Assembly: GCA_041736305.1 (NCBI GenBank)
Contig: JBGSTX010000118.1
Span: 1-50,938, forward strand
DNA from: Oligoflexus sp.
GTDB taxonomy: Bacteria; Bdellovibrionota_B; Oligoflexia; Oligoflexales; Oligoflexaceae
Direction: 5' to 3'
Length of the DNA: 50,938 nucleotides
The translations under genes and the position numbers were made by a program. Below the pieces are notes generated by a model. The model worked only from the letters and a program-made list of their open reading frames with translations, was not told the DNA's origin and did not search any database. This document shows positions 1-8,525 of this stretch, one piece after another (position 1 is the stretch's first letter; each line of letters opens with the position of its first letter).

Positions 1-1330
1 TCCGCTTGGTACCTTTGAGTGCAACGGGGGCACGATACTTTTGATTCTCAAGTGCTGTATAATCAGGCGAAAACCTTGGCGGCTCTGCCCCGCATGTTTC
101 CATGCCGAAAGATAAGATATTCCAAGCCCCCACCGCATCTCGATGGGCGACTAAACTGCATTCACCGCATTTATAAACTCTGCCTTTAACCCTATTATGC
201 TTGCGGCAATATGGATCCGGACACTGTCTGGTCGAATATCGTTCATTATGCCATTGAAACGAGATTCCGTCCGTCTTCCCCTTATAGCTGAGCATTCCGA
301 AAAAATCGCCTATCGGCCAGGAGCTATTGGCTTGATTTTGTTTCTTGCCACTCTCTTTCTGAGCTACGCTGCGGCAATCGCCGACAAAGACTTCGTTGAC
401 CTTTCTGATGCGTAAAAAATTGACGACCTTTCGCGAGTTTGTATGAAGAAAATTCATCTTTCTATTGTGAAATGTACGAATAACATGCGTCTTTTTTTGA
501 AGTTCTTTTTTTCGATTGCTGGATCCACGCTTTTTTCGATCAATTCTTGATTGCCGAAAGGCTACGTTCTTTGCGTATCCCTGATGAATGGTGCGAAAGC
601 CTCGACCCTTTAAGTTCAGCCCTTTACCGTCTTCCGTTATAATCACAGCCCAACGAATCTGACCAAGATCGATCCCAGCATACTTCACAGGAAGAACTTT
701 ATCTTTTACGTCCGATGGTAGTCTTTCCGCTATCTTAAAGATGAGATAAAAGCGCTTTTCAGAGAGATCGTAATGGATGGTGATGACTTTCGTATTCTTT
801 GGAATGCCAGCGGGAAACGGAGCGAAAAGACTTTCTCTTTTTTTTAGCTTTCCCGGCTTTTTAGGATTAATTTCCCTAGCCCGTGCAAACAATATTCCAC
901 CATTAACATATCGACAGTCACGTCGATCAAAATGGACATCGCGTCCGCCCCTTCTTTGCCGCCATGGATACTTGCAGGTTTTCCATCCTTCTGTATGTCC
1001 TTCCGAGACCGCGTTCTTTCTATTGGTCCGAGCCGTTTCGCATACACCCAAGAATTCTTGAAAGATAAGGTTTTGGGATTGAGTCGTAAGTCCAAGATCT
1101 AAAACATGTGTCATGCCAGTCATTTGCTTGGCTAAATCATACATAGAAAAATAAGGTACAAGGCCTAATCTCGCCCACCGATGATAGTCGACAAGACTAT
1201 TCCATAGCCACGATGCGTCAGCCCGCATGCAAACAAGTTTTTGGAATTCATGATCAGGCATTCCGGGCAAAGGAACTTTTTGGACTCGATGAATCCACTC
1301 TCCCTTTTTTGCACCTTTAGCTCTAACCAT
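1..1330 (-). CDS. tnpB: TnpB-family RNA-guided endonuclease (IS200/IS605/IS607-type), 3' end outside window
   Basis: Manual translation from ATG at 1330 gives 443 codons with no stop before the window edge (MVRAKGAKKGEW...). Motifs: RuvC-I YAGIDLG (D221), EVFVGD (G317), W-x-x-G-x-F-x-x-ML-x-YK, NERYSTRQC (E363), Zn ribbon CPDPYC...CGEC, RuvC-III HRDAVGAWNI (D398). Confidence 0.92.
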   Translation of the reverse strand, partial: MVRAKGAKKGEWIHRVQKVPLPGMPDHEFQKLVCMRADASWLWNSLVDYHRWARLGLVPYFSMYDLAKQMTGMTHVLDLGLTTQSQNLIFQEFLGVCETARTNRKNAVSEGHTEGWKTCKYPWRQRRGGRDVHFDRRDCRYVNGGILFARAREINPKKPGKLKKRESLFAPFPAGIPKNTKVITIHYDLSEKRFYLIFKIAERLPSDVKDKVLPVKYAGIDLGQIRWAVIITEDGKGLNLKGRGFRTIHQGYAKNVAFRQSRIDRKKRGSSNRKKELQKKTHVIRTFHNRKMNFLHTNSRKVVNFLRIRKVNEVFVGDCRSVAQKESGKKQNQANSSWPIGDFFGMLSYKGKTDGISFQWHNERYSTRQCPDPYCRKHNRVKGRVYKCGECSLVAHRDAVGAWNILSFGMETCGAEPPRFSPDYTALENQKYRAPVALKGTKR

Positions 1331-1481
1331 AATTTACTCACTGCTTACTGGTGTATGATGCGAACGCAAAAATAATTGATTCTCGGCATTTAATCACCAT
1401 AATAATTTATGTTTCAACAAGAAGTCTTGTGCGAACATCCTCCAAAAATGTTTAAGAGATTCTGCCTAAGGAAGAATAGGA

Positions 1482-2257
1482 ATGATACTAAGCGACAAAC
1501 AATGGTCTGTCATCGAGAGCTTGCTAAGGTCCTTACAAGAAGCCCGTGATCATCGCATTGGTAGACCGCCTACGGACAAAAGACGCCTCATCGATGCAAT
1601 TATTTGGATTTTGCGTACGGGGACACCATGGAGAGAGCTACCCTCATGCTATCCACCTTAGCAAACGGTGCATCGCTGGTTTCAAAAGTGGACACTTAGC
1701 GGCTTGATTCAAAAGCTTCTGCATATAATCACGGCTGAATTATACGAGAGGAAAAAAATAGATCTCAGCGAATGCTTTATTGACGGAACATTTGCATCCG
1801 CAAAAAAGGGGGGCTTCTGGTAGGAAAAACAAAGCGAGGAAAAGGAACAAAAATCATGGCAATCTCAGACCGCCATGGTCTTCCAATCGCAATCCATATT
1901 GCAAGCGCTTCCCCCCACGAGGTCAAACTTGTGATCAAGACCATAGAACAGCGATTTCTCAACGCCCTACCAAAACGATTGATCGGTGATAAAGCGTATG
2001 ACTCAGATCCGTTGGATAAGCAATTAACAGACCGATATGGAATCGATCTCATCGCTCCTCATAAGAAGAACAGAAAGAAGACAAGAACTCAAGATGGCCG
2101 CACCCTTCGCCGTTATAGAAGAAGGTGGAGAATAGAAAGACTATTTTCATGGTTACAGAACTTTCGTCGACTAGTAGTGAGATACGAATGCCATGCAGAA
2201 AATTTCTTAAGTCTAGTTGCCCTAGCATGTCTGCTTATACTTTTAAGATATTATTGA
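1482..2257 (+). pseudogene. IS5-family (IS427-like group) DDE transposase, two ORFs joined by -1 frameshift, in-frame TAG at codon 60
   Basis: orfA from ATG 1482 reads MILSDKQWSVIE...GRPPTD...WILRTGTPWRELP..YPP*QTVHRWFQKW...[13 protein letters not shown], with TAG at 1659-1661. Slippery A AAA AAG GGG GG at 1802-1813. orfB (-1 frame) reads [22 protein letters not shown]...GDKAYDSD...[18 protein letters not shown]. Confidence 0.9.
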
Positions 2258-2269
2258 GACAGCCTTTAG
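1482..2269 (+). mobile_element. IS5-family insertion sequence remnant; probable right end TTGAGACAGCCTTTAG at about 2254-2269, left end not located
   Basis: Transposase as above. The right-end-like sequence overlaps the orfB stop. No complementary copy was found upstream of orfA within the window. Confidence 0.7.
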
Positions 2270-2271
2270 TA

Positions 2272-3468
2272 TTAGGCAGCCTTTCGCCGTAGAACTCCCG
2301 ATTTTTTAACCCATACCTTCGCGCTATCTCCCCAGTAGAAGAGCGCCAGCCCGAACAGAGGTACAGCCCACTGCAGAAACGCGGCCAGGGGTAGCGGTGA
2401 GATAAGCAGGATAGTACCGAGTAAGGGTGATACTACCTGGCAAAGCGACATTAAGAACGTGATCGCTCCAGAAGCCAAGCCTGGTTCGCTGTCCGGGAAG
2501 CACTCGTAGAACTTGACCTGCTCCCAGGGAATGAAAAGCATCTCCCCAATAGTCCAAACCACGGTAACCAGGAGGAGCGCTGGCAGCGAGCTGAGAAGCG
2601 GTATTGGTGCTAGGCCAAAGGCCAGCAGGAGAGTGCCGACGAAGCCTTTTTCCCCTAGCGACCACTTCCGGCTTAGACGTCGAATAAGCGGCATTCCTAG
2701 TACGACCAGAGTCGTGTTGAGGAGCAAGATCTTGGCGTTCATTTCCGCTGCGGGCAAGCCCTTGCTAGTCAGTAAGAGCGGCAGATATGTAATATGACTC
2801 AAAAAGCCAATTGTGATGAGGCACAGTCCTAAAAGCTTGGAGGCATTAGTTTGTAGGGACGATTTTAAGAGCCTCCGTATGCTTTGGCTCGAAGTCGTGG
2901 AACCTGGAGACTGCAGTCTTTGACGTTTTAAGTAGTAAACAGCTCCGCTAAGCAAAATTAAGGTAGTAGCCAGGTCGAGCCAGAGGAGAGCGGCTCGATG
3001 AGTTTTAAGAAAGGTGAAGGCCAGAACCGAAGCGACTGCCAAAGAGCAGTTGGCCACCAGGTAACGCTTTCCAGCCATTTCCTCACGGTCTTTGCCTTGC
3101 AAACGCCCAATAATTGCTAGTGACATGACTGTTCTTAAAGTTGTCACGGCCAGGCAAAGGGCTAGTGCTCCCAGAATGAGCAGGATGCCCTCCGTGTTCT
3201 CAGGAACAAAGATCATGATGCCAAAGCTATATGCTGAGGCGACAATAAGAAAAGTTAAGAGCACGCGGCCTTGATCGAGCCAGCGACCAACTATCGGTTG
3301 CCAGAATCCGGACAAGAGGGAGGCCAGGGCCAGGACAAGACTGGCCATAATCGGACTCAATTGCCCAGTAGCAGCCAAAAGTGCAGGCATAAGAGTGATG
3401 GCAAAAGAAAAGGCACCGGAAATAAACACCAATAATAAAAGATAAGAACTCGGTCGGATCAAAGACAT
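2272..3468 (-). CDS. MFS transporter
   Basis: 398 aa with about 12 hydrophobic segments, a motif-A-like GRWLDQGR, and WTIGEMLFIP. AGGAG RBS upstream. Confidence 0.85.
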   Translation of the reverse strand: MSLIRPSSYLLLLVFISGAFSFAITLMPALLAATGQLSPIMASLVLALASLLSGFWQPIVGRWLDQGRVLLTFLIVASAYSFGIMIFVPENTEGILLILGALALCLAVTTLRTVMSLAIIGRLQGKDREEMAGKRYLVANCSLAVASVLAFTFLKTHRAALLWLDLATTLILLSGAVYYLKRQRLQSPGSTTSSQSIRRLLKSSLQTNASKLLGLCLITIGFLSHITYLPLLLTSKGLPAAEMNAKILLLNTTLVVLGMPLIRRLSRKWSLGEKGFVGTLLLAFGLAPIPLLSSLPALLLVTVVWTIGEMLFIPWEQVKFYECFPDSEPGLASGAITFLMSLCQVVSPLLGTILLISPLPLAAFLQWAVPLFGLALFYWGDSAKVWVKKSGVLRRKAA

Positions 3469-3622
3469 ACACTGCTCCTAGCTGCCGCCTCTCAATGCCT
3501 CTCAAAAGACTTTTCATCGTTAAGCATTTTCAAACATCATGCCAATGCCAGGCGGTCATCCATTCCGGATGCTTCAGACATGCTATAATAAAAGAAACCA
3601 CAACATTAAAGGCCTCTCTCTT

Positions 3623-4027
3623 ATGGAAGCATCCTCGCGCCTCCTATTGCAGAAGTTGGGACTTAAAGACGGAAAAAGCGCAGTTTTTCTGCATGTTCCT
3701 GAAGAGATTCAGGCTTTTTGTGGAGGCAGAGCTGAAGCTCCTGAAGCTTTGGACAAAAAGCATGATCTTATACTGAGCTTTTACGAGAGCAGCAAGCAGA
3801 TGAAGCTCGAACTGCCGCAGCTGAAAGCGTCGATTAAGCCTGACGGGATGATTTGGGTCTGCTGGAAGAAAGGCCCAGCCTCAGACGTGTCACGCGATCT
3901 TATCTGGCAGCTCGGTGAAGAGTGCGGTCTCAGTTCGGTTTCATCGGTGGCCATCGACGACGTTTGGCTGGCCATGAAACTCATGTATCCCAAGCATCAG
4001 CGGCAAAGAATATTGATCAAGGCTTAG
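3623..4027 (+). CDS. DUF3052-like small protein
   Basis: LLQKLGLK...DLILSF...IKPDGMIWVCWKKG pattern. Start moved from ORF-track 3539 to ATG 3623. Confidence 0.65.
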   Translation: MEASSRLLLQKLGLKDGKSAVFLHVPEEIQAFCGGRAEAPEALDKKHDLILSFYESSKQMKLELPQLKASIKPDGMIWVCWKKGPASDVSRDLIWQLGEECGLSSVSSVAIDDVWLAMKLMYPKHQRQRILIKA

Positions 4028-5829
4028 AATTTGCGACGACCTAGTAGGCTGATGCTCCAGTCTTCATGACTAAGCGAACCTTTGCTGAGGCTCCAAGATC
4101 CGTCGTGCAGAAGGATCTGACCGCCCCACTCCCAATCGTCTGGCTTTCCCCGGACGACAGCTCCCAGCTCGACTTCAAAGGCACTGCCATCCGTGAGGTC
4201 GCGCTTTTTACCAGCTATGCCTGCCGAACCAAGCGCAGCTACGAAATAGTGAAACGCAAAGTCATAGTCGATCGTTTGAACTAGCTCTGCTAGGTGCTGG
4301 CTCCCTTGAACACGAAAACTTGGCCCCACTAGCGCTATGTCCCAGCCACCGAAGGTTTCTCCATTTACACCTAAAGTCTCAATTCGAGCCAGCCCACCCA
4401 AAAGAAGTCGATTGAGGCTGGGCACGGCTGCATTGAGGATAGGAAGTTTAAACAGGATCTCGCTTTGCGCCGAAGCACCGAGATAATCGCCTTTGATTGA
4501 CGAACCCATGCGCAAGGTCGCGGTATGGATACCCATCCATTCGCTAGAGAAATCATGGTGTCCGCGCAAGGATAGGCGATTCAAGAGCCAAGTGGGCAAT
4601 TTGCTGCTTAGCTTGTTGCTGCCTCGAAAGCTAAGACTTTCAATGCCCGGAATGAAGTTGGTTTCAGTAAAGGTCGTAGCGATCCAGTTGCTAATGTCCA
4701 TCTCGTCTCCTCCGCTGGAAGACAAGGGCATGGGGCTTCGTTCATCGTTGGGAATAGGCATTTCAGGCGTGGGTTGAGCTTGCGGAGGAAGCTTCGTTTC
4801 GTTTGAAGGCGCCTCAGCTAGACGGGGCGGATTTGGCTTTTCAACAGGCTTAGGTACTTCGCGAGCTGGCACTGGGGAGGATGGCGGTTCCACTTTCGTC
4901 AAAGGTTTTTGCCAATCTCCCGGCGCCTGAACTATTGCACTATCCTTGTCTACGGGAATATAGCGTTGCTCAGCGGGTGGAGCTGCCTGAAATGATCGGC
5001 GAGTCGCGATACCTGCGACCTTGGCGCCATCGCCCACGCCTAAAGCGTTTTCGTAGGAGAGCGAGGTGATCTGTGCAATGGAAGATTGCTCTTTGCTTTC
5101 GATCACCTTGGCTTTGCCGAGAAGTTTTTGCTCAAAGCTCAGCCAAGAACCGTCCACTGGGTGCTGGGATTTAAGCTTCGTTTCATAGAAGCTCAACTCA
5201 TCACCTTCGAAAACATTTTGTGTGCTACCGCTTGAGAGACTGACGAAGCGCCCTTGGACAGAGGTAATAAAAACATCTATGGGGTAGCGGTTGAGGAGCC
5301 GATAAGTCAAATTTTGCAGTCGTTGATCGATCTCACTGGGGCTGGCGGCAAGGAACCAGCTGTAAGGTACTCTTTCCGTTTCGCTCAGATAGGTCTTCAG
5401 ATTCGGGTCTAATAAGCGGACGCTCCAGAGCATGACATCATTCTGAGCAGTTATGCTGAGATTGAGCATGGCGTCGATCTCGTACTCGTCGGTAAGTTCC
5501 TTCCTGCCTTCAGGAGTGGCCCAAAGATCGGCCGTGATTACATCGTTGGTAAAAATAAAGCGTTTTGACGCCTGGGCTAGTGGCGAGAAAGCTCGATCAA
5601 GGTGCTGACGAAGCGAAGCAAAGGGATGTCCCTCAGGGAATTGTCCCTGCCAATAGACGGGCATCACCGCGACTTGCTTGATCGCCGGCAGACGCTGCCC
5701 GTCAGCGGGGGCTGTAATAGCAGCTGATGCCGGGCTGGAAACAGTCTGGAGACAAAGGAAAGCAAAAGCAGAAGCAGAGCCTAGGGCGCCGAGGCAGCCC
5801 CTGAACGCCCAAAGCCGGCTTAGGGACAT
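4024..5829 (-). CDS. Exported/outer-membrane protein: signal peptide, FlgT-C-like domain, Pro-rich linker, putative C-terminal beta-barrel
   Basis: 601 aa. Signal peptide ends ...PASA. ITSVQGRFVSLSSGSTQNVFEGDELSFY...LLGKAKV resembles the FlgT C-terminal domain. Pro-rich middle, then amphipathic strands ending in Phe. Confidence 0.5.
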   Translation of the reverse strand: MSLSRLWAFRGCLGALGSASAFAFLCLQTVSSPASAAITAPADGQRLPAIKQVAVMPVYWQGQFPEGHPFASLRQHLDRAFSPLAQASKRFIFTNDVITADLWATPEGRKELTDEYEIDAMLNLSITAQNDVMLWSVRLLDPNLKTYLSETERVPYSWFLAASPSEIDQRLQNLTYRLLNRYPIDVFITSVQGRFVSLSSGSTQNVFEGDELSFYETKLKSQHPVDGSWLSFEQKLLGKAKVIESKEQSSIAQITSLSYENALGVGDGAKVAGIATRRSFQAAPPAEQRYIPVDKDSAIVQAPGDWQKPLTKVEPPSSPVPAREVPKPVEKPNPPRLAEAPSNETKLPPQAQPTPEMPIPNDERSPMPLSSSGGDEMDISNWIATTFTETNFIPGIESLSFRGSNKLSSKLPTWLLNRLSLRGHHDFSSEWMGIHTATLRMGSSIKGDYLGASAQSEILFKLPILNAAVPSLNRLLLGGLARIETLGVNGETFGGWDIALVGPSFRVQGSQHLAELVQTIDYDFAFHYFVAALGSAGIAGKKRDLTDGSAFEVELGAVVRGKPDDWEWGGQILLHDGSWSLSKGSLSHEDWSISLLGRRKF

Positions 5830-5831
5830 GA

Positions 5832-7328
5832 TTACATCTTCTCCACGTTATGGCTCGAACCGTCGAAGCTCACACGTCGTTTGACGTCTTCGATGATGGT
5901 TTCGATATGCACCGGTCGCTGCCAGACCTTGAAGAGACTCTTGAGACATTCCAGGGTGAATTCGTGCTTCAAATCGGAGCCTTCGTGAAGGTGCTCGAGC
6001 AGAAGCTCGTTTCTGTTCTTAAAGTTGCCATCCTTCACGCAGATGATGGGCTGGCCAAAGTTGGTCAGTTGCGAAAGAAGCTGGTGCTTGATCTCCGCAA
6101 AGTTGCGATTACTGATCACGTAGCGATTGTTACGGCGATCGAAGTCGTAGAGGAAGAGCTTGTTCTCATGACAGAAATCTTCATCGAGAAAACCATCGAT
6201 GAAGGTAATGTCATTGTGAATCCGTCGTACTTCCATCAACTTTTTGTCGCCGAGCCCGACTTTGGTATCCCAATCAGCGCGCTTTTTGGGGTCGTCGCAG
6301 TTAACGTAATCAATTCCAAACTGCCCCTTGTCCCAACGCCTTTTGATATGGCGCAGAAGCTCCAGACCAAGTTTGTAGGGATTCAATTGTCCAGGGGCCG
6401 CGGCTACCACCCCGGAATGCTGATCGCAGTAGTCAATGATCTCCGAATCCGCCAGAGGATGGATTTCAGTCATCATGCGGCTGTGCCAGTAGGTGGCCCA
6501 ACCCTCGTTCAAAATTTTCGTCTGACCCTGAGGAGCGAAGTAGTAGGATTCGTCGCGGATGATGCCGAGAACTCGCTTCTGCCAGTTGTTCAGGGGGGCA
6601 TATTCGATAAGGAATTTTAGAACATCGCGCTCCAGCTGCTCGGGAAAGGATTTCTTCTTTTTGACCCTATCCTCCTGCTTTTGCACCTGCTGATCTAAAA
6701 AATCCTTAGGGTTGACGTAACTGTCCATATACTTTTTGGACTGGAGCTTATGCACAGGCTCGGCACGGTAGGTCTCTTCTTCGTCGGCCGGAGCTGGCCG
6801 CCGGGTGGCTTGATTAAAGGGAGCATAAATATCAATGAGATTTTCGAGCGACAGAGCGCAGTCGACAAAGTCTTCGACCTCGTCGTGGCCGACGTCTTCA
6901 ATATAGCGGCGCACGATCGAGGCGTGGTTAGCCATCTGATCGAGCATTTTTCTGTTGGTCCGCGTGAACCAATAGTTGTTTTTGAAAAAGTCACAGTGCC
7001 CGAAAACATGGGCTATCACCGTCTTCTGCGAAACCAGGTTATTGGCGCGCAAGAGATAGGCGTAGCAAGGATCGTTATTGATCACCATTTCATAGATCAC
7101 CGACAGGCCGTAGGTATAGCTCTTCGACAGGCGCTCGTACTCCATCCCGAAGCGCCAGTGCGGGTAGCGGGTAGGAAAGCCTCCATAGGCGGCGATCTCG
7201 TTGAGTTGCTTGTAGTCCACTAGTTCAAAAATCGTCTCGAAGACGTCGAGCCCGGCGCCCCGCGCCGCCGCGTGGAGCTGGGAGGCAATATCGCGTAACT
7301 CAGGTGTAAGCTGGGTATTGTAGGTCAT
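5832..7328 (-). CDS. spoVR: SpoVR/YcgB family protein
   Basis: GGFPTRYPHWRFG, IYEMVINNDP, HVFGHCDFFKNN, TKILNEGWATYWH, NPYKLG. Confidence 0.95.
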   Translation of the reverse strand: MTYNTQLTPELRDIASQLHAAARGAGLDVFETIFELVDYKQLNEIAAYGGFPTRYPHWRFGMEYERLSKSYTYGLSVIYEMVINNDPCYAYLLRANNLVSQKTVIAHVFGHCDFFKNNYWFTRTNRKMLDQMANHASIVRRYIEDVGHDEVEDFVDCALSLENLIDIYAPFNQATRRPAPADEEETYRAEPVHKLQSKKYMDSYVNPKDFLDQQVQKQEDRVKKKKSFPEQLERDVLKFLIEYAPLNNWQKRVLGIIRDESYYFAPQGQTKILNEGWATYWHSRMMTEIHPLADSEIIDYCDQHSGVVAAAPGQLNPYKLGLELLRHIKRRWDKGQFGIDYVNCDDPKKRADWDTKVGLGDKKLMEVRRIHNDITFIDGFLDEDFCHENKLFLYDFDRRNNRYVISNRNFAEIKHQLLSQLTNFGQPIICVKDGNFKNRNELLLEHLHEGSDLKHEFTLECLKSLFKVWQRPVHIETIIEDVKRRVSFDGSSHNVEKM

Positions 7329-7330
7329 GA

Positions 7331-8440
7331 CTACCTTCCTTTGCCGAGGAATACTTTGAGCGCATCCATAATCGCGTCACGATCCTTGATTTGACAGGTA
7401 GTGATACCTTCATTGGTCTCACCGAAGTGCTTGTGCAAGTCTCGCAGGAATTGTCCCGACCCATAGCGCGATTCGACCTGGCCGTAGCAAAACATATTCG
7501 AGACGGGCAGTAGGCTACTTTCCAAAATGCGCATACAGTCCGCCGTATCGTTGCCGGACCAGTTGTCGCCATCGGAGAAGTGAAAGAGGTAGATGTTCCA
7601 CTCCATAGGGTTGAAGTGCTCTTCAATAAGCTTAAGAGAAAGCTTGTAAGCGGAGCTGATGAGAGTTCCGCCGGATTCTTTGGTTTTGTAGAAGGTATCC
7701 GAATCGACCTCGCGAGCCGTAGCATCGTGAATGATGTAGCGGCGTTCGAGACCGTTGTACTGGGTGCTCAACCAGGTATCGAGCCAAAAGGCAGTAAGTC
7801 TGACGATTTCCTTCTGCTCGTCGCCCATTGAACCAGAAACGTCCATCATGTAGACGATAACCGCATTGGCTACTTTTTCGTGGGTGATGCGATAGGAGCG
7901 AAATCGCTTGTCTTCTTTGGTCGGAATGACGATGGGATTTTCAGGATCGTAGTCGCCATTGGCGATACTGCGTTTGAGAGCTTCTTTGTAGGTTCGTTTG
8001 AAATGCCGGAGAGATTCAGGACCCTGCTTGAGAATCCCAGAATAGCGATACTTTTTGTCTTCGAGATTTTCTTTGCCGCGTGGCTCGATATTAGGGAGAG
8101 CTAGCTCTTCTCCGAGAATCTGTGCCAGCTCTTCGAGCGTGACATCGACCTCAAGATTGTGCTGGCCTTCCTGATCACCAGCTTCGCCCTGACCTGGCTG
8201 CGGTTGACCTTGACCAACAGTGTCTCCCACTTCACCTTCACCCTGGCCGACGCCACCCTTCTCTTTGCCGCCAAAGCTGAAGTGGGGTATATCGATCCGA
8301 GGTAAGGGAATCGTGATGCGCTTGTTGCCTTGGCGCCCGACCAGATCACCGCTCGAAATGAATCGCCGCAGTTCTTTTTTGATCTTGCCTCGGACTATTT
8401 TTCTGAATCGGTTTAGATCCGATTCCATCTTCATAGCCAT
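7331..8440 (-). CDS. yeaH: YeaH/YhbH (DUF444) vWA-like protein
   Basis: Gly-rich [36 protein letters not shown]; lies between prkA and spoVR. Confidence 0.93.
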   Translation of the reverse strand: MAMKMESDLNRFRKIVRGKIKKELRRFISSGDLVGRQGNKRITIPLPRIDIPHFSFGGKEKGGVGQGEGEVGDTVGQGQPQPGQGEAGDQEGQHNLEVDVTLEELAQILGEELALPNIEPRGKENLEDKKYRYSGILKQGPESLRHFKRTYKEALKRSIANGDYDPENPIVIPTKEDKRFRSYRITHEKVANAVIVYMMDVSGSMGDEQKEIVRLTAFWLDTWLSTQYNGLERRYIIHDATAREVDSDTFYKTKESGGTLISSAYKLSLKLIEEHFNPMEWNIYLFHFSDGDNWSGNDTADCMRILESSLLPVSNMFCYGQVESRYGSGQFLRDLHKHFGETNEGITTCQIKDRDAIMDALKVFLGKGR

Positions 8441-8478
8441 CGTTCCCCCTTATTGAGCGCTGGAGACAGAGACAGCGA

Positions 8479-8518
8479 AGGGGGGAGGCGCGACATCTCT
8501 GCCGTTCGCTTCCCCCCT
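8479..8518 (-). other. Intercistronic GC-rich stem-loop after the prkA stop
   Basis: AGGGGGGAGGCG...CGCTTCCCCCCT inverted repeat between prkA and yeaH. Confidence 0.55.
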
Positions 8519-8525
8519 CTAAGCC

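Noticed and set aside
197-1095. ORF-track calls 197..415(+), 777..1061(+) and 844..1095(-)
   Set aside because: They are antisense or out-of-frame shadows of the continuous tnpB frame (1330 to <1).
1-1330. Nuclease-dead TnpB (TldR-type repressor) linked to the flagellar genes
   Set aside because: Both catalytic Asp residues are intact and a displaced Glu is present. No adjacent flagellin gene is visible, and the guide is outside the window.
1659-1661. Amber readthrough or alternative genetic code
   Set aside because: TAG is used as a normal stop by other genes here (e.g. yeaH, purN). A nonsense mutation is simpler.
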